Assembly: GCA_034423175.1 (NCBI GenBank)
Contig: DAOUJA010000057.1
Span: 2,800 to 66,799, forward strand
DNA: 64,000 nt
Direction: 5' to 3'
Source of the DNA: Dehalococcoidia bacterium
GTDB taxonomy: Bacteria; Chloroflexota; Dehalococcoidia; Lucifugimonadales; Australimonadaceae
The notes below the pieces were generated by a model. That model was not told where the DNA came from and searched no databases. It worked only from the letters and a program-made list of their open reading frames with translations. Positions 42,978-53,138 of the stretch are shown one piece after another (the stretch's first letter is position 1; every line of letters starts with the position of its first letter). The position numbers and the translations under genes were made by a program.

Positions 42978-43848
42978 CTCCTCCTCCGTTCCGGGCCAGC
43001 GCGCGCAGCAGGGTGCGCTCCATGAAGACGCGCACGAGGTGCTCCTTGTAGTCGACGGCGCCGTGCATGTCCTCGACGGCGTCAGCGTCCCCGGATGCCA
43101 GGCGGGACGCCTCACGCAAGGCCGCCGCTCCTTCGGTGAGCGTGTCGACGCGCTCGCCGCGCAGCACGTCCTCCGAGCGCGGGAGCCGCCGGGCCACCGG
43201 CGATACGCAGCCGAGCGCGAGGCGGGCGTCGGTGACGACGCCATCCTCCACCGCGAGCGCGGCGGCGATGCCAAGGGTCGGGCGGTGGTGGTAGCCGAAC
43301 TTGGAGTAGGCGGCACGCACGCCCGCCTGGAAGGCAGGGACGCGCACGGCGGTCAGTAGCTCGTCGGGCGCGAGCGACGTCTCGTACGAGCCAGTCTGCA
43401 GGTCGCCGACGGCGATGCGCCGCGCGCCGGAGGGGCCCGCGACGTCAAGCTCCGCCCCGTAGACCAACAGGAGCGTCGCGGGGTCGGAGTGCGGTTCGGC
43501 GAAACAGAGGTTGCCCGCGAGGGTGCCGACGTTCCGCACGCGCAGGTTGGCCACGCCGTGCTCTACCTCCGAGAACAGGGGCAATCGTTCGCGCACGAGC
43601 GGGTCGTGCTCGACGGCGCTGTGCGTCGCGCTCGCGCCGATGACGACGGCGTCGCCGTCGACTGCAATGGCGTCGAGTCCGGGGATGCTCTTCACGTTGA
43701 TGAGCGTGTCATAGGCAAGCAGGCCGGACTTCATGGCGAGCAGGAGCTCGGTGCCTCCGGCGTAGAGCGCGGCAGCGCCGCCAGCGTCGGCGAGGGCGGA
43801 CGCGGCCTCGTGCACGGTGGCGGGCTCGTGCAAGCTGAAGGGCTTCAT
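42964..43848 (-). CDS. FAD-binding medium subunit (CoxM-like)
   Basis: MKPFSLHEPATVHEA...LYAGGTELLLAMK...VRNVGTLAGNL. Confidence 0.8.
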   Translation of the reverse strand: MKPFSLHEPATVHEAASALADAGGAAALYAGGTELLLAMKSGLLAYDTLINVKSIPGLDAIAVDGDAVVIGASATHSAVEHDPLVRERLPLFSEVEHGVANLRVRNVGTLAGNLCFAEPHSDPATLLLVYGAELDVAGPSGARRIAVGDLQTGSYETSLAPDELLTAVRVPAFQAGVRAAYSKFGYHHRPTLGIAAALAVEDGVVTDARLALGCVSPVARRLPRSEDVLRGERVDTLTEGAAALREASRLASGDADAVEDMHGAVDYKEHLVRVFMERTLLRALARNGGGDADA

Positions 43849-44149
43849 GGCGCAGGCGATGCTATCCGCAGGAACGGCAGGGGGCAAGCGTCAGCCCCAA
43901 TAGTCAGGGTTGTCCCAGCCCACATAATGCACCAGCACTGTCGTGGCGCTCGCAATGCTGTACACGATGAAGAAGCCGCTGGCTTTACAGCCGATACTGC
44001 CGAAGCGGTACGGCAGAGGCAAGGGTATCCTGGTGCGCCGATCAGGATGCGGAGACTCCAGAATGCTGTGCACCACCGTCATCGCGCGGCCATAGTCTCA
44101 CGGCGTCAGACTGTCCAAGAAGTCTCTTGCGCGTTGTTCGAACTCCGCT

Positions 44150-44350
44150 CTATACGGGACGCGGCCGGGTTGGGTCATCTAACCACGCCTTGATGTCGTC
44201 CGCGCTGACTACAAATCCACGCTCTCCCGCCTGGAAGCGGTCAAGAGCCCCGTTGGCCATCTCAACGGCTTTCTCGTCCGCCACCATTGCGCGGACGAGG
44301 TCCTCGCCGGTGAGGGGCCGCGGTGTGTTCTTCCTGCGCTTCGATGCCAT
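44150..44350 (-). CDS. small hypothetical protein
   Basis: MASKRRKNTPRPLTGEDLV... is 66 aa (CAT at 48-50 of the 44341 block). No motif. Possibly a TA-like remnant. Confidence 0.3.
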   Translation of the reverse strand: MASKRRKNTPRPLTGEDLVRAMVADEKAVEMANGALDRFQAGERGFVVSADDIKAWLDDPTRPRPV

Positions 44351-44505
44351 GGTGCGTGCTCCTCCCGCATCGTTCGATGCAGTATAGCATGCGTGCGTCA
44401 CAATGAACCTGCCAACGCTCTGCCAGTTGCAGCCGATGAGCAACGCGGCCTTCCCCGGCCTATGCCGTCCCTCAGGGTTGAACGCCCGGCGCAGTCGTTC
44501 GCCGG

Positions 44506-45276
44506 CTACTCGTTCGGGTCGATGGCGAGCGCCCCGTCGACAAAGACGATCTGGTGGCCCGAGAACTCCATAGGGGCCTCGGCAGCGAGGACATAACGGT
44601 CCCCCACCGAATCGATGGGCGCCATGCCGGAGCGGTACTGCTCCTCGATGTCCTCGGTCCAGATCCCGCGGTACCGGCCTCCGCCGCTTCCCGGGCCCAT
44701 GCTGACGATACAGACGTTGTGCTCTGCTTCCTCAGCCGCCACGTGGTTGGTGAAGGAGCGCACGGCCACCTTGCTCATGGAGTACATGGCGCTGCCGATG
44801 TTGTCGGTCCGTGTGGACGCCTTCAACGCACCCTGGCCGATGTTGACGATGTGCCCGGAGCCCTGCGCCTCCATGTAAGGGAGCACGTACTTCGTGCAGA
44901 GGATGACGCCGATGACGTTGGTGCGGACGACGTTGTCGATGAACTCCTCATCCATGTCGCGGATGCGCGGCCACGGAGTCTTTCCCCCGCCCGGAAAGTG
45001 CGTGACGATCGCGGCGTTGTTCAGCAGCACGTCGATCCGGCCGTACCGGTCGTGGACCTGCTGCATGAGCGACTCGACCTCGTCGTCGATGCGCACGTCC
45101 GTCGGTACGGTGAGCACTTCGGCACCGGCCGACGCGACCTCCTCAGCGACCGCATCCATGGGGGCCACGTCAGCGATGGCAAGACGGGCCCCCGCGGCGG
45201 CGAAGGTGCCGGCCACGAAGCGACCGATGCCCGACGCCCCACCCGTGATGACGACGACCTTGCCCTCCATGGACAT
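44506..45276 (-). CDS. short-chain dehydrogenase/reductase
   Basis: VVVITGGASGIGRF, NNAAI, YSMSKVAV. Confidence 0.8.
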   Translation of the reverse strand: MSMEGKVVVITGGASGIGRFVAGTFAAAGARLAIADVAPMDAVAEEVASAGAEVLTVPTDVRIDDEVESLMQQVHDRYGRIDVLLNNAAIVTHFPGGGKTPWPRIRDMDEEFIDNVVRTNVIGVILCTKYVLPYMEAQGSGHIVNIGQGALKASTRTDNIGSAMYSMSKVAVRSFTNHVAAEEAEHNVCIVSMGPGSGGGRYRGIWTEDIEEQYRSGMAPIDSVGDRYVLAAEAPMEFSGHQIVFVDGALAIDPNE

Positions 45277-45401
45277 CTGGCACCTCCCTGTCCTTCGCCG
45301 AGCTTCCCCAGCACGTGGAGCTTATCCCGGCTCGCTGGCGAGCACCAGTCTGTCGCAGTATCCGGCATAACATCCGTGCGTCACTGCAGGGTTGACTACG
45401 G

Positions 45402-45677
45402 TTGCTGGTGGCTGCATCATGGTGCCATACAGATTGCATGACAGTCGACCAGGCGCAAGCAACGATGAGCACGCAAGGCATGAGCGTTGAGGAGATGACG
45501 CGGCAGATGTACGCCGACCTCTATACCAACACGCCCAGCATCAAGTCCACCCTCATGAAGCTGGAAGCCGACGTCGCCTGGATCAAGCGACTGATGATGC
45601 TCATGCTCGGCATGGGCGTGCCGCTGGTCCTTTCCATCGTCGCGGCGGCGGTCAAGTTCATCCTGTTCGGGGCGTGA
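45402..45677 (+). CDS. small membrane protein, XhlA/holin-like architecture (tentative)
   Basis: An N-terminal helical segment (IKSTLMKLEADVAWIKRL) followed by one C-terminal TM (LMLGMGVPLVLSIVAAAVKFILF). Start uncertain. Confidence 0.35.
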   Translation: MLVAASWCHTDCMTVDQAQATMSTQGMSVEEMTRQMYADLYTNTPSIKSTLMKLEADVAWIKRLMMLMLGMGVPLVLSIVAAAVKFILFGA

Positions 45678-45800
45678 GGGAACGGTCGCCGACGAAGCAC
45701 CTCCCCTTCCCATCCCAACTACGGCCTGCCGGAGTTATGCAGCGGTCTCCTCAAGGGAGAGGGACCAGGACGACGCATGTCTATGGCAGGTCGGAGCGGG

Positions 45801-46919
45801 TCAGTCCTCCTCCTCGTAGGCGAACTGGTAGTCCCTGTCGAGGTAGGCCTCTGCCGGCATGAGGCTGGTGAGGTTTCGCTCGGCGAGCTCGGCCTCGAAC
45901 TTCTGCCTGATCCAGGGGTCTTCTTCCGGGTACTCGATCTGGTCGTTCTGGTACTGGACGCGCTCGCTCTGGCCGGTGCCGCGGGGGGCGTGGAACGCGA
46001 GGTAGCGCGCAGGCGTCTCACCGATGTTGAAGTGCTGATGGAACCACCTGTTGGGGGGCACGAACACGCTGCCCTCCGCCCATGGAATCACCACCCGCTC
46101 GCCGCCTTCGGGCCACATGATGGAGTAGCCCTCTCCGCCCGGAATCACGATCACCACGCCGGGGCCGTGACGGTGGCCCTTCTTGTAGGTGCGGGACGGG
46201 AACACGGACATGTGGCTCCACATGGTGGAGCCGGGGAACATGACGCCCACGCGGTGGCCGCCGGCCCCGCGCTCCTGGTACGTGTGCAGCTTGTCCCAGG
46301 CGAGCATGTCCGGGAAGAAGCGCCCGTTCCAGATGACGCGGCCCTGGCCCCTGGGATGATCGACGGGGGTCGAGGTCGCTTCGGAGTAGAGGTCGCCCTC
46401 ACCCATGATCCCGGTGTTCACGAAGTCGTTGTCGAAGAAGAACTTCGGGTCGGGCACGATGCTCATGGAGATGGGCAGGTAGTTGTAGTGCAGTAGCCGG
46501 ACGCGCTGCGAGCCGCTGGAGTTGGCCAACTGGTGATGGTAGCCGCGCGGGACGATGAACATGCTGTGCTTGCCCCACTCGAACGTGCGCGTCGGGCCGT
46601 CGCCGGCCCAGATCGTGGTCATTCCGCGCCCTTCAGCGACGTAGACCACCTCGTCGAGCGCGAACCGGTGGGGCGGGAGGGTTGTGGCAGGCGCGATCTC
46701 GGTGACGCGCGCCTCGGTTACTCCCTCCTGGCCCGCCAGGACGAGGAAGGCGGCGCTGCACCCGCGCTCGTCCCACGGCGCCACCTCGACGGTCCGAACG
46801 TCATCTATGAAGTACCCCCGATGGATGGGGAGGCCCGTCTCCTTGATCCACTCCTCGTAGGCGGATGGCCGGCGGTAGGGGTTGGCCGGGGCCTGCTGCT
46901 GGTCGTTCGCGTTCGTCAT
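45801..46919 (-). CDS. bicupin protein (paralog 2 of 3)
   Basis: YKKGHRHGPGVVIVIPGGEGYS, WFHQHFN, IEYPEEDPWIRQKFEAEL. Confidence 0.65.
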   Translation of the reverse strand: MTNANDQQQAPANPYRRPSAYEEWIKETGLPIHRGYFIDDVRTVEVAPWDERGCSAAFLVLAGQEGVTEARVTEIAPATTLPPHRFALDEVVYVAEGRGMTTIWAGDGPTRTFEWGKHSMFIVPRGYHHQLANSSGSQRVRLLHYNYLPISMSIVPDPKFFFDNDFVNTGIMGEGDLYSEATSTPVDHPRGQGRVIWNGRFFPDMLAWDKLHTYQERGAGGHRVGVMFPGSTMWSHMSVFPSRTYKKGHRHGPGVVIVIPGGEGYSIMWPEGGERVVIPWAEGSVFVPPNRWFHQHFNIGETPARYLAFHAPRGTGQSERVQYQNDQIEYPEEDPWIRQKFEAELAERNLTSLMPAEAYLDRDYQFAYEEED

Positions 46920-47269
46920 AGCTGCCTCCTCCTACGCCTTCGCTCTCCGGTACGCTGACGCTCTGCCAACGAGGCGAGCGTAAGAAGCTCTCTCCAGCAT
47001 GTCAAGGCAAGGCGTCCCGACGCAGCTGGCCAGGCTTGATGGGTCATGTCCCCCCAGAGCGAGACTCTTGCGTGATCGCGTTCAGCGCAAGGTGGTCCTT
47101 CCCACCCGCCCGCCCGAACGCTTGTGGGGGACACCTTTACGCCCCCGGCACAGGGCTCCGCCCTCTGCCCTCCCTCATTCTGAGCAACTCCCGTGGTCCG
47201 ACAGGCTCACCATGGGCGGAGCATTCGGTATAAGCGCACCGCAGCCCGTCGCGGGGGTGAATGAGGGGA

Positions 47270-47807
47270 TCAGCGGTTTGCTCTTGCCTCGATGCTGGCG
47301 CATCGCGCCATCAGTTCAGGGAACGATTCCGCGTCGTCGTCGAGCATTCCGCCGTCCACCATCCGTTTGTAGTCGTCGGCAAGCGCGCCGATTGCGACGC
47401 CATCCGGGATGAGACGGAGGCTTCCTGAGACTGCCGCCTCGTAGTCCACCTTTGCTCCGTCCGCGCCCTTCGCGCGATAGGACGCGGCCTTGTGCCGGGC
47501 CACTAGCTGCGCGAGGCCGCGGTCGTCTAGGGCAGTCTCCGCGTAGCCCGCGTCGTCCAGCCGCACGAGGTCGTGCCAGTGCCGGGACAGCCGCTCGCCT
47601 CTGATCTCCTGCTGTTCGCAGAAGACGTGTATCGCCGTCGCCTTCTCCCAGAACGTGCGCTCCGGCAGCATGACGAACGGAGAGGCGGAGGAAATATGAC
47701 GCCCTGGATAAAGTCCGCGGCATCGCATCGAATGGTGCGTTCTTCGCGTGGTTCTCCGGTGGCGCGTCCTCCAAATTCGTCAGCGCAGAGAAGGAGGCGT
47801 CAGGCAT
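47270..47807 (-). pseudogene. AbiEii/AbiGii-family nucleotidyltransferase toxin remnant (N-terminal NTase half missing, frame broken)
   Basis: The C-terminal half is intact in track ORF 47270..47728 (LPERTFWEKATAIHVFC...HWHDLVRLD). A different frame opens at 47807, overlapping the abiEi stop. Only ~179 codons of space remain, versus the ~280-300 aa typical of the family. Confidence 0.6.
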
Positions 47808-48402
47808 GGGCTGACAGGGCGCTCAGCGGTCTGGCGATCCATGAGGGCATCAGGGGGCGCGCATGGGCCATCTCGTCGAAGTCCGGCGCCGGGACTGCAC
47901 GCTTGATGGCCTCCAGGTTCTCCTCCACCTCTTGAGGACCCAACCACGCGAGCGCCCGGATAGCGGCGCCCGCAAGCCGGTTGGGGGCTGCCAGCTGCCA
48001 ACTCGGCGCGTGCTGCAGGCGCACGGCTTGAGTACCGAGATGCAGAGTGTGGCTCGCGCCGGAGGTGAGATACACAGGGCGCACCGGCACCTGGGTCGTC
48101 AGCCCAAGCGCGTTGGCCGAGGCGCTCCCGCTGGGAACGATCGTCTCGCCCCAGAGTTCCGACAGGGAAGCGATGACTTTTTCGACGGAAGGCGGACGCG
48201 GGCCGAAGCGCGTTTCGACCGGCGGAGTGTAGATGCCCTGGCAAACACGCAAGAGGCTCCCCGAACGCGCCAACCGAGACAACGCCTGATCCACCGCTGC
48301 CCTGTTGCCCAAGTGGAGCAGCGCGTTCGGGAAGAGAAGCCCGCCTTCCGGGAGTGCCTCTGCCTGACTCATTATCTGGTGCGGCAAGCCTGTCGCGTTC
48401 AT
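47800..48402 (-). CDS. abiEi: AbiEi-family antitoxin / transcriptional regulator
   Basis: N-terminal winged-helix-like AVDQALSRLARSGSLLRVCQGIYTPP. 200 aa, positioned directly upstream of the AbiEii remnant. Confidence 0.7.
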   Translation of the reverse strand: MNATGLPHQIMSQAEALPEGGLLFPNALLHLGNRAAVDQALSRLARSGSLLRVCQGIYTPPVETRFGPRPPSVEKVIASLSELWGETIVPSGSASANALGLTTQVPVRPVYLTSGASHTLHLGTQAVRLQHAPSWQLAAPNRLAGAAIRALAWLGPQEVEENLEAIKRAVPAPDFDEMAHARPLMPSWIARPLSALSAHA

Positions 48403-48434
48403 GCCAACTGCCCTTCTCGCACTGCAAGAGAAAC

Positions 48435-48470
48435 TGTCAGAAATATAATCTCAAATCTGACATATGTCAA
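48435..48470 (-). promoter_or_regulatory. sigma70-like promoter with overlapping inverted-repeat operator upstream of abiEi
   Basis: The minus strand reads TTGACA (48470-48465), a 17-nt spacer, then TATATT (48447-48442), ~40 nt before the ATG. A perfect 7-bp inverted repeat, TGTCAGA (48435-48441) and TCTGACA (48456-48462), brackets the -10. Confidence 0.5.
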
Positions 48471-48732
48471 GCGTGGTCCCCACGTCTCGTCCGGTAATCG
48501 ACCAGGGCACACCCTCAGAGGCCAGTGAAGTGTGCAGTCAACGCTCCCACATCCTCAGGCGCCACCATCTCCCCACTGCATTTGATGGGGTCCTGGGCGC
48601 ATCCGAGCAGATAGGCCTCCTGTAGCGGCAGCGCCTCGCTGCCCATTAGAGCGCCACCTCCCATCTGAAAGTTCGCAGTACGGTATCCCCTGGCTCACCA
48701 TGGGCGGGAGAGGGCCACCTGCGCCCCGACAT

Positions 48733-48763
48733 GAAGCGAGCCCCACAGGGTGGAGCTCGCTTC
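48733..48763 (-). terminator. strong hairpin downstream of the collagen-like gene (no U-tract)
   Basis: gaagcgagc / gctcgcttc 9-bp stem with an inner ccac/gtgg extension, ~30 nt after the stop at 48792. Confidence 0.35.
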
Positions 48764-48791
48764 GCGCGGTATCGTCGTCAAGGCGACCCTG

Positions 48792-49565
<774 letters not shown>

Positions 49566-49755
49566 TCAAGCAGCCGACGGCGCTTCGCTCCGTTGTTCAT
49601 GGCGGCCGCCTATCGTTTCAGCATTCCTGATACGTACTCCCGTCATCGAACAGTTGGCCGATGCCGGAAAGACCGGCAAACCGAGGTCAATCTGTGTGTT
49701 CGCTTCGCGCGTACCCTATCATACGACGAAATACAGCGAAATACCGCGCAGGGAT

Positions 49756-49784
49756 TTGACAGGAGCCACCAGCCGGGCTAGTCT
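49756..49784 (+). promoter_or_regulatory. candidate sigma70-like promoter for the first ABC uptake locus
   Basis: TTGACA (49756-49761), 17 nt, TAGTCT (49779-49784). It lies ~100 nt upstream of the ATG at 49888. Confidence 0.35.
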
Positions 49785-49887
49785 CGCGGCGCACATGCGC
49801 ACGTCGCAGCTCCAACGACGGAGCCCGCACTCATCGCAGCAGGTCCGAGAGGACCGCCAGTCTGGAAACAGCAGGGAGGTCCGGTCC

Positions 49888-51216
49888 ATGAATCGCAAGC
49901 ACATCTTCCTCGCAGCGATCGTAGCAATCATGCTCGCGTTGCCTGTCACGGCCTGCGGAGCCGAGGAGACACCCACGCCACGAGGCGAAGCCCCGGCAAC
50001 GCCCACTCCCGTGTTGCTCCCGACGCCCACGCCCCTGCCCGGGGTTGCGACCCCCACACCCCTGCCCACTCCGACGCTTCGCCCTGGCGCGGAGCCATTC
50101 GTGCAACCTCCCACGGCCACACCCGCACCTACCCCTACGCCTGACCCGAGCTTCGAGGCGCGGTGGAACGCGCTGATCGCAGCGGCGCAGGAAGAGGGCG
50201 AACTGGTCATCATCGCCGGAGGCAGCGCGTCCGTCGGCATGAGGAACCACATCGAGTTCTTCCAGAACAAGTACGGCATCAAGGTCGTCGTGGGCCGGGG
50301 CTCCGGCACCGACCAGGCGAACCGCCTGCTCGCCGAGCGCGGCAACGGCCGATACACCGCGGACGTGGTCCACGTCGGGCCCACATCCGGGAACACCCGG
50401 CTGATCCCCAACGGCGCCTACGACCCCATCAAGCCGCTGCTCATCCACCCCGAGGTGATCGACACGTCCCTCTGGCTCAACAACCAGCACCACTACGCCG
50501 ACCCGGACCAGGACAAGATCTTCCTTTGGAACGGCGTCGCGGACGTGGAGCGCTTCCCGTCCTGGTACAACACCGACCTTGTGGCGCACGACGAGCTGCC
50601 GCGCTCCGTAGAAGAGATCTTCGACCCGCGGTGGAAGGGCGTTATCGCCATGCAACCCCCTAACGTCGGAGGCGCCGGCGGCACCTATTTCGAGATGTAC
50701 ATCCACCCGGACTTCGGTCCGGAGTTCCTGGAGCGGTTCATCCGGGAGATGGACGTGACGTTCACGGCGGACACGCTCGGGATGGTGAACGGGCTGGTGC
50801 AGGGCAAGTACCACGCTCTCCACGGCGGCCTGGGGACTCAAGACCCGGACGACCTGGTGGAGAAGGGCCTCCCCCTCGCCGAGCCTGACATCGACATCGC
50901 CTCCATCAAGACGATCTCCCCATCCGGCAGCAGCAACAACGTGGCCGTACTGAACCGCAGGCCCAACCCCAACGCGGCCCAGCTCTACGTCAACTGGCTG
51001 CTCTCCCGCGAGGGGCAGACCGTGTGGCAGGACGACCCCTACCGGTTCCAGAACCCGACGCTGCGGACCGACAACATCCCCGTGGGCTCGACCAGGGAGC
51101 AGGACCGGCGCAAGGAAGGCGTTTCCTACGTCATCCTCATCGCGGACCCGGTGGTGCTCGCCAAGAGAGACGAGGCTCTGGCATTCGCCACGAGGATCTA
51201 CGAGGAGACGCGCTAG
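49888..51216 (+). CDS. ABC transporter substrate-binding lipoprotein (family-1 / Fe3+-polyamine-like)
   Basis: MNRKHIFLAAIVAIMLALPVTAC-G lipobox and a Pro/Thr linker. SBP-like body (ELVIIAGGSA..., NWLLSREGQ). Paralog of 60273..61442. Confidence 0.8.
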   Translation: MNRKHIFLAAIVAIMLALPVTACGAEETPTPRGEAPATPTPVLLPTPTPLPGVATPTPLPTPTLRPGAEPFVQPPTATPAPTPTPDPSFEARWNALIAAAQEEGELVIIAGGSASVGMRNHIEFFQNKYGIKVVVGRGSGTDQANRLLAERGNGRYTADVVHVGPTSGNTRLIPNGAYDPIKPLLIHPEVIDTSLWLNNQHHYADPDQDKIFLWNGVADVERFPSWYNTDLVAHDELPRSVEEIFDPRWKGVIAMQPPNVGGAGGTYFEMYIHPDFGPEFLERFIREMDVTFTADTLGMVNGLVQGKYHALHGGLGTQDPDDLVEKGLPLAEPDIDIASIKTISPSGSSNNVAVLNRRPNPNAAQLYVNWLLSREGQTVWQDDPYRFQNPTLRTDNIPVGSTREQDRRKEGVSYVILIADPVVLAKRDEALAFATRIYEETR

Positions 51217-51332
51217 ACTGGATGACACCAGGGCTCCGCGCCGCCGAACCAACGGCGCGGAGCTCAGCGTCCCTCTTGCGCTCTGCCCGAGGGCACCGCA
51301 GACAAGACGAGTGGCAGGGGATGTAGAGCACG

Positions 51333-53138
51333 ATGTTAGGCATAGCCGGGAGCCAAACGTCCCTCGCCACCCGCCTGCAGCGCAGGCTCCGCTCGGAACG
51401 CAGCACGTTCATCATGGCGGTCGTCATCGTGGTGCTGGGCTTCTTCCTCATCTGGCCGGTGGGCGTCATCTTCATCATGAGCTTCAACACGGCGCCCGAG
51501 ATGTTCATCGGGGAGCGCATCTGGGGGCTCGACAACTGGCGCACCGGGTTCAACGACGGACGCATCCCCCGCGCCATCTGGAACACGTTCATGGTGTGGG
51601 GCCTCCAGTTCATCATCGCCATGCCGGTGTCCATCGCCATCGCGTGGGCGCTCGCGCGCACCAAGTTGCCGTTCAGCCACAGCCTGGAGTTCTTCTTCTG
51701 GGTGGCCTACGTCACACCGGGCGGGGCGGTCGCCTGGATACTGCTGCTGGACCCCGACCTCGGCTACATCAACCTGGTATTCAGGCAACTGCCGTTCATC
51801 GACAGCCACATCTTCGACATCTTCAGCGTCGCGGGCATCGTGTGGACGGGGCTGATGGGGAACGGCATCGCGCTGAAGGTGATGCTGCTGACTCCGGCGT
51901 TCCGCAACATGGACTCGGCGCTGGAGGAGGCGGCGCGGGTCGGCGGCGCCTCCAACATCAGGACGATGATCAAGGTAACGATCCCGCTCATGATCGCCCC
52001 CATCGCACTGGTGACGGCGCTGCAACTGATGCGCATCTTCCAATCGTTCGAGACGGAGCTGCTGCTGGGCGTGCCCATCGGCTTCTTCGTCTACTCGACG
52101 CTGATATTCGAGCAGGTGCGCCTGCACGAGCCCCCGCTGTACGGACAGGCGACGGTGCTCGCATCGGTGACGCTGGTCGTGCTCGCGTTCATCATCCCGA
52201 TACAGCGTTGGATACTGTCTCGCCGCCGGTACACGACGATCGCGAGCGGGTTCAAGCCGGGGCTGATCGACCTGGGGCGATTCAAGTGGCCGGTGGTGGG
52301 CTCGATCGCATTCCTGCACGCACTGCTGACGTTCGTGCCGGTCGCCGCGCTGCTGCTGGGCAGCTTCATGTGGCGGACGGGGTTCTTCAACGTGGAAGGG
52401 GCCTTCACGCTGGACAACTGGCGGTTCGTGTTCAACGAGGAGGTGTTCTTCATAGCGATCCGCACCACTCTCATCCTGTCGTTCACGACAGCGCTCCTCA
52501 GCCCGATCCTCTTCTCCATGATCGGCTACATCCTCGTGCGCACACGGTGGCGAGGCCGCTGGCTGCTCGACTCCATCATCTGGGTGTCGGCGGCGATACC
52601 GGGGATGCTCACGTCGCTCGGGCTGCTGATGGTGTTCCTCGGAACCCCTGTCATCTCCTTCCTCTACGCCACCATCTGGGCGCTGCTCATCGTGGTGATA
52701 CTGCAGGGGAACACGACCGGGGTGAACATATCCAAGTCGGCCATCGTGCAGGTGGGGTTCGAGATGGAGGAGGCCGCGCGCATCGCGGGAGCAGGATGGG
52801 TGAGCACCTACTTCAGGGTGTGGCTGCGGCTGCTGATGCCCACGCTGATCCTGCTGGGCACGCTGAACTTCACCATCGCGGCCGGCACGACCGCCAGCAT
52901 CATCCTGCTGGCCTCCCGCGAGACGATGACGATGTCGCTGCTCACGCTGGAGTACGCGATGAACGGGTGGCGCGAGGCTGCGAGCGTCATGAACATCCTG
53001 GTAGCGATGATCATCCTGGGCACCGCACTGGTCGCCCGGAGGTTCGGTCTGCGGCTGGGCGTGCGTCACGACGCCCAGCGATCGGACGCGCGGTCGGTTG
53101 CGCCAGCACGACAGGAGGCAGGCCATGCTAACGGCTGA
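51333..53138 (+). CDS. ABC transporter permease, two fused permease domains (FbpB-like)
   Basis: 601 aa, ~12 TM. Two EAA-like loops (LEEAARVGGASNIRT and MEEAARIAGAGWVST). Paralog of 61498..63318. Confidence 0.8.
   Translation: MLGIAGSQTSLATRLQRRLRSERSTFIMAVVIVVLGFFLIWPVGVIFIMSFNTAPEMFIGERIWGLDNWRTGFNDGRIPRAIWNTFMVWGLQFIIAMPVSIAIAWALARTKLPFSHSLEFFFWVAYVTPGGAVAWILLLDPDLGYINLVFRQLPFIDSHIFDIFSVAGIVWTGLMGNGIALKVMLLTPAFRNMDSALEEAARVGGASNIRTMIKVTIPLMIAPIALVTALQLMRIFQSFETELLLGVPIGFFVYSTLIFEQVRLHEPPLYGQATVLASVTLVVLAFIIPIQRWILSRRRYTTIASGFKPGLIDLGRFKWPVVGSIAFLHALLTFVPVAALLLGSFMWRTGFFNVEGAFTLDNWRFVFNEEVFFIAIRTTLILSFTTALLSPILFSMIGYILVRTRWRGRWLLDSIIWVSAAIPGMLTSLGLLMVFLGTPVISFLYATIWALLIVVILQGNTTGVNISKSAIVQVGFEMEEAARIAGAGWVSTYFRVWLRLLMPTLILLGTLNFTIAAGTTASIILLASRETMTMSLLTLEYAMNGWREAASVMNILVAMIILGTALVARRFGLRLGVRHDAQRSDARSVAPARQEAGHANG

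Noticed and set aside
43891-44082. 63-aa minus-strand ORF between coxM and the small hypothetical gene
   Set aside because: No motif or RBS was recognised. It may be real (slightly lower GC, one hydrophobic segment), but the evidence is insufficient to call it.
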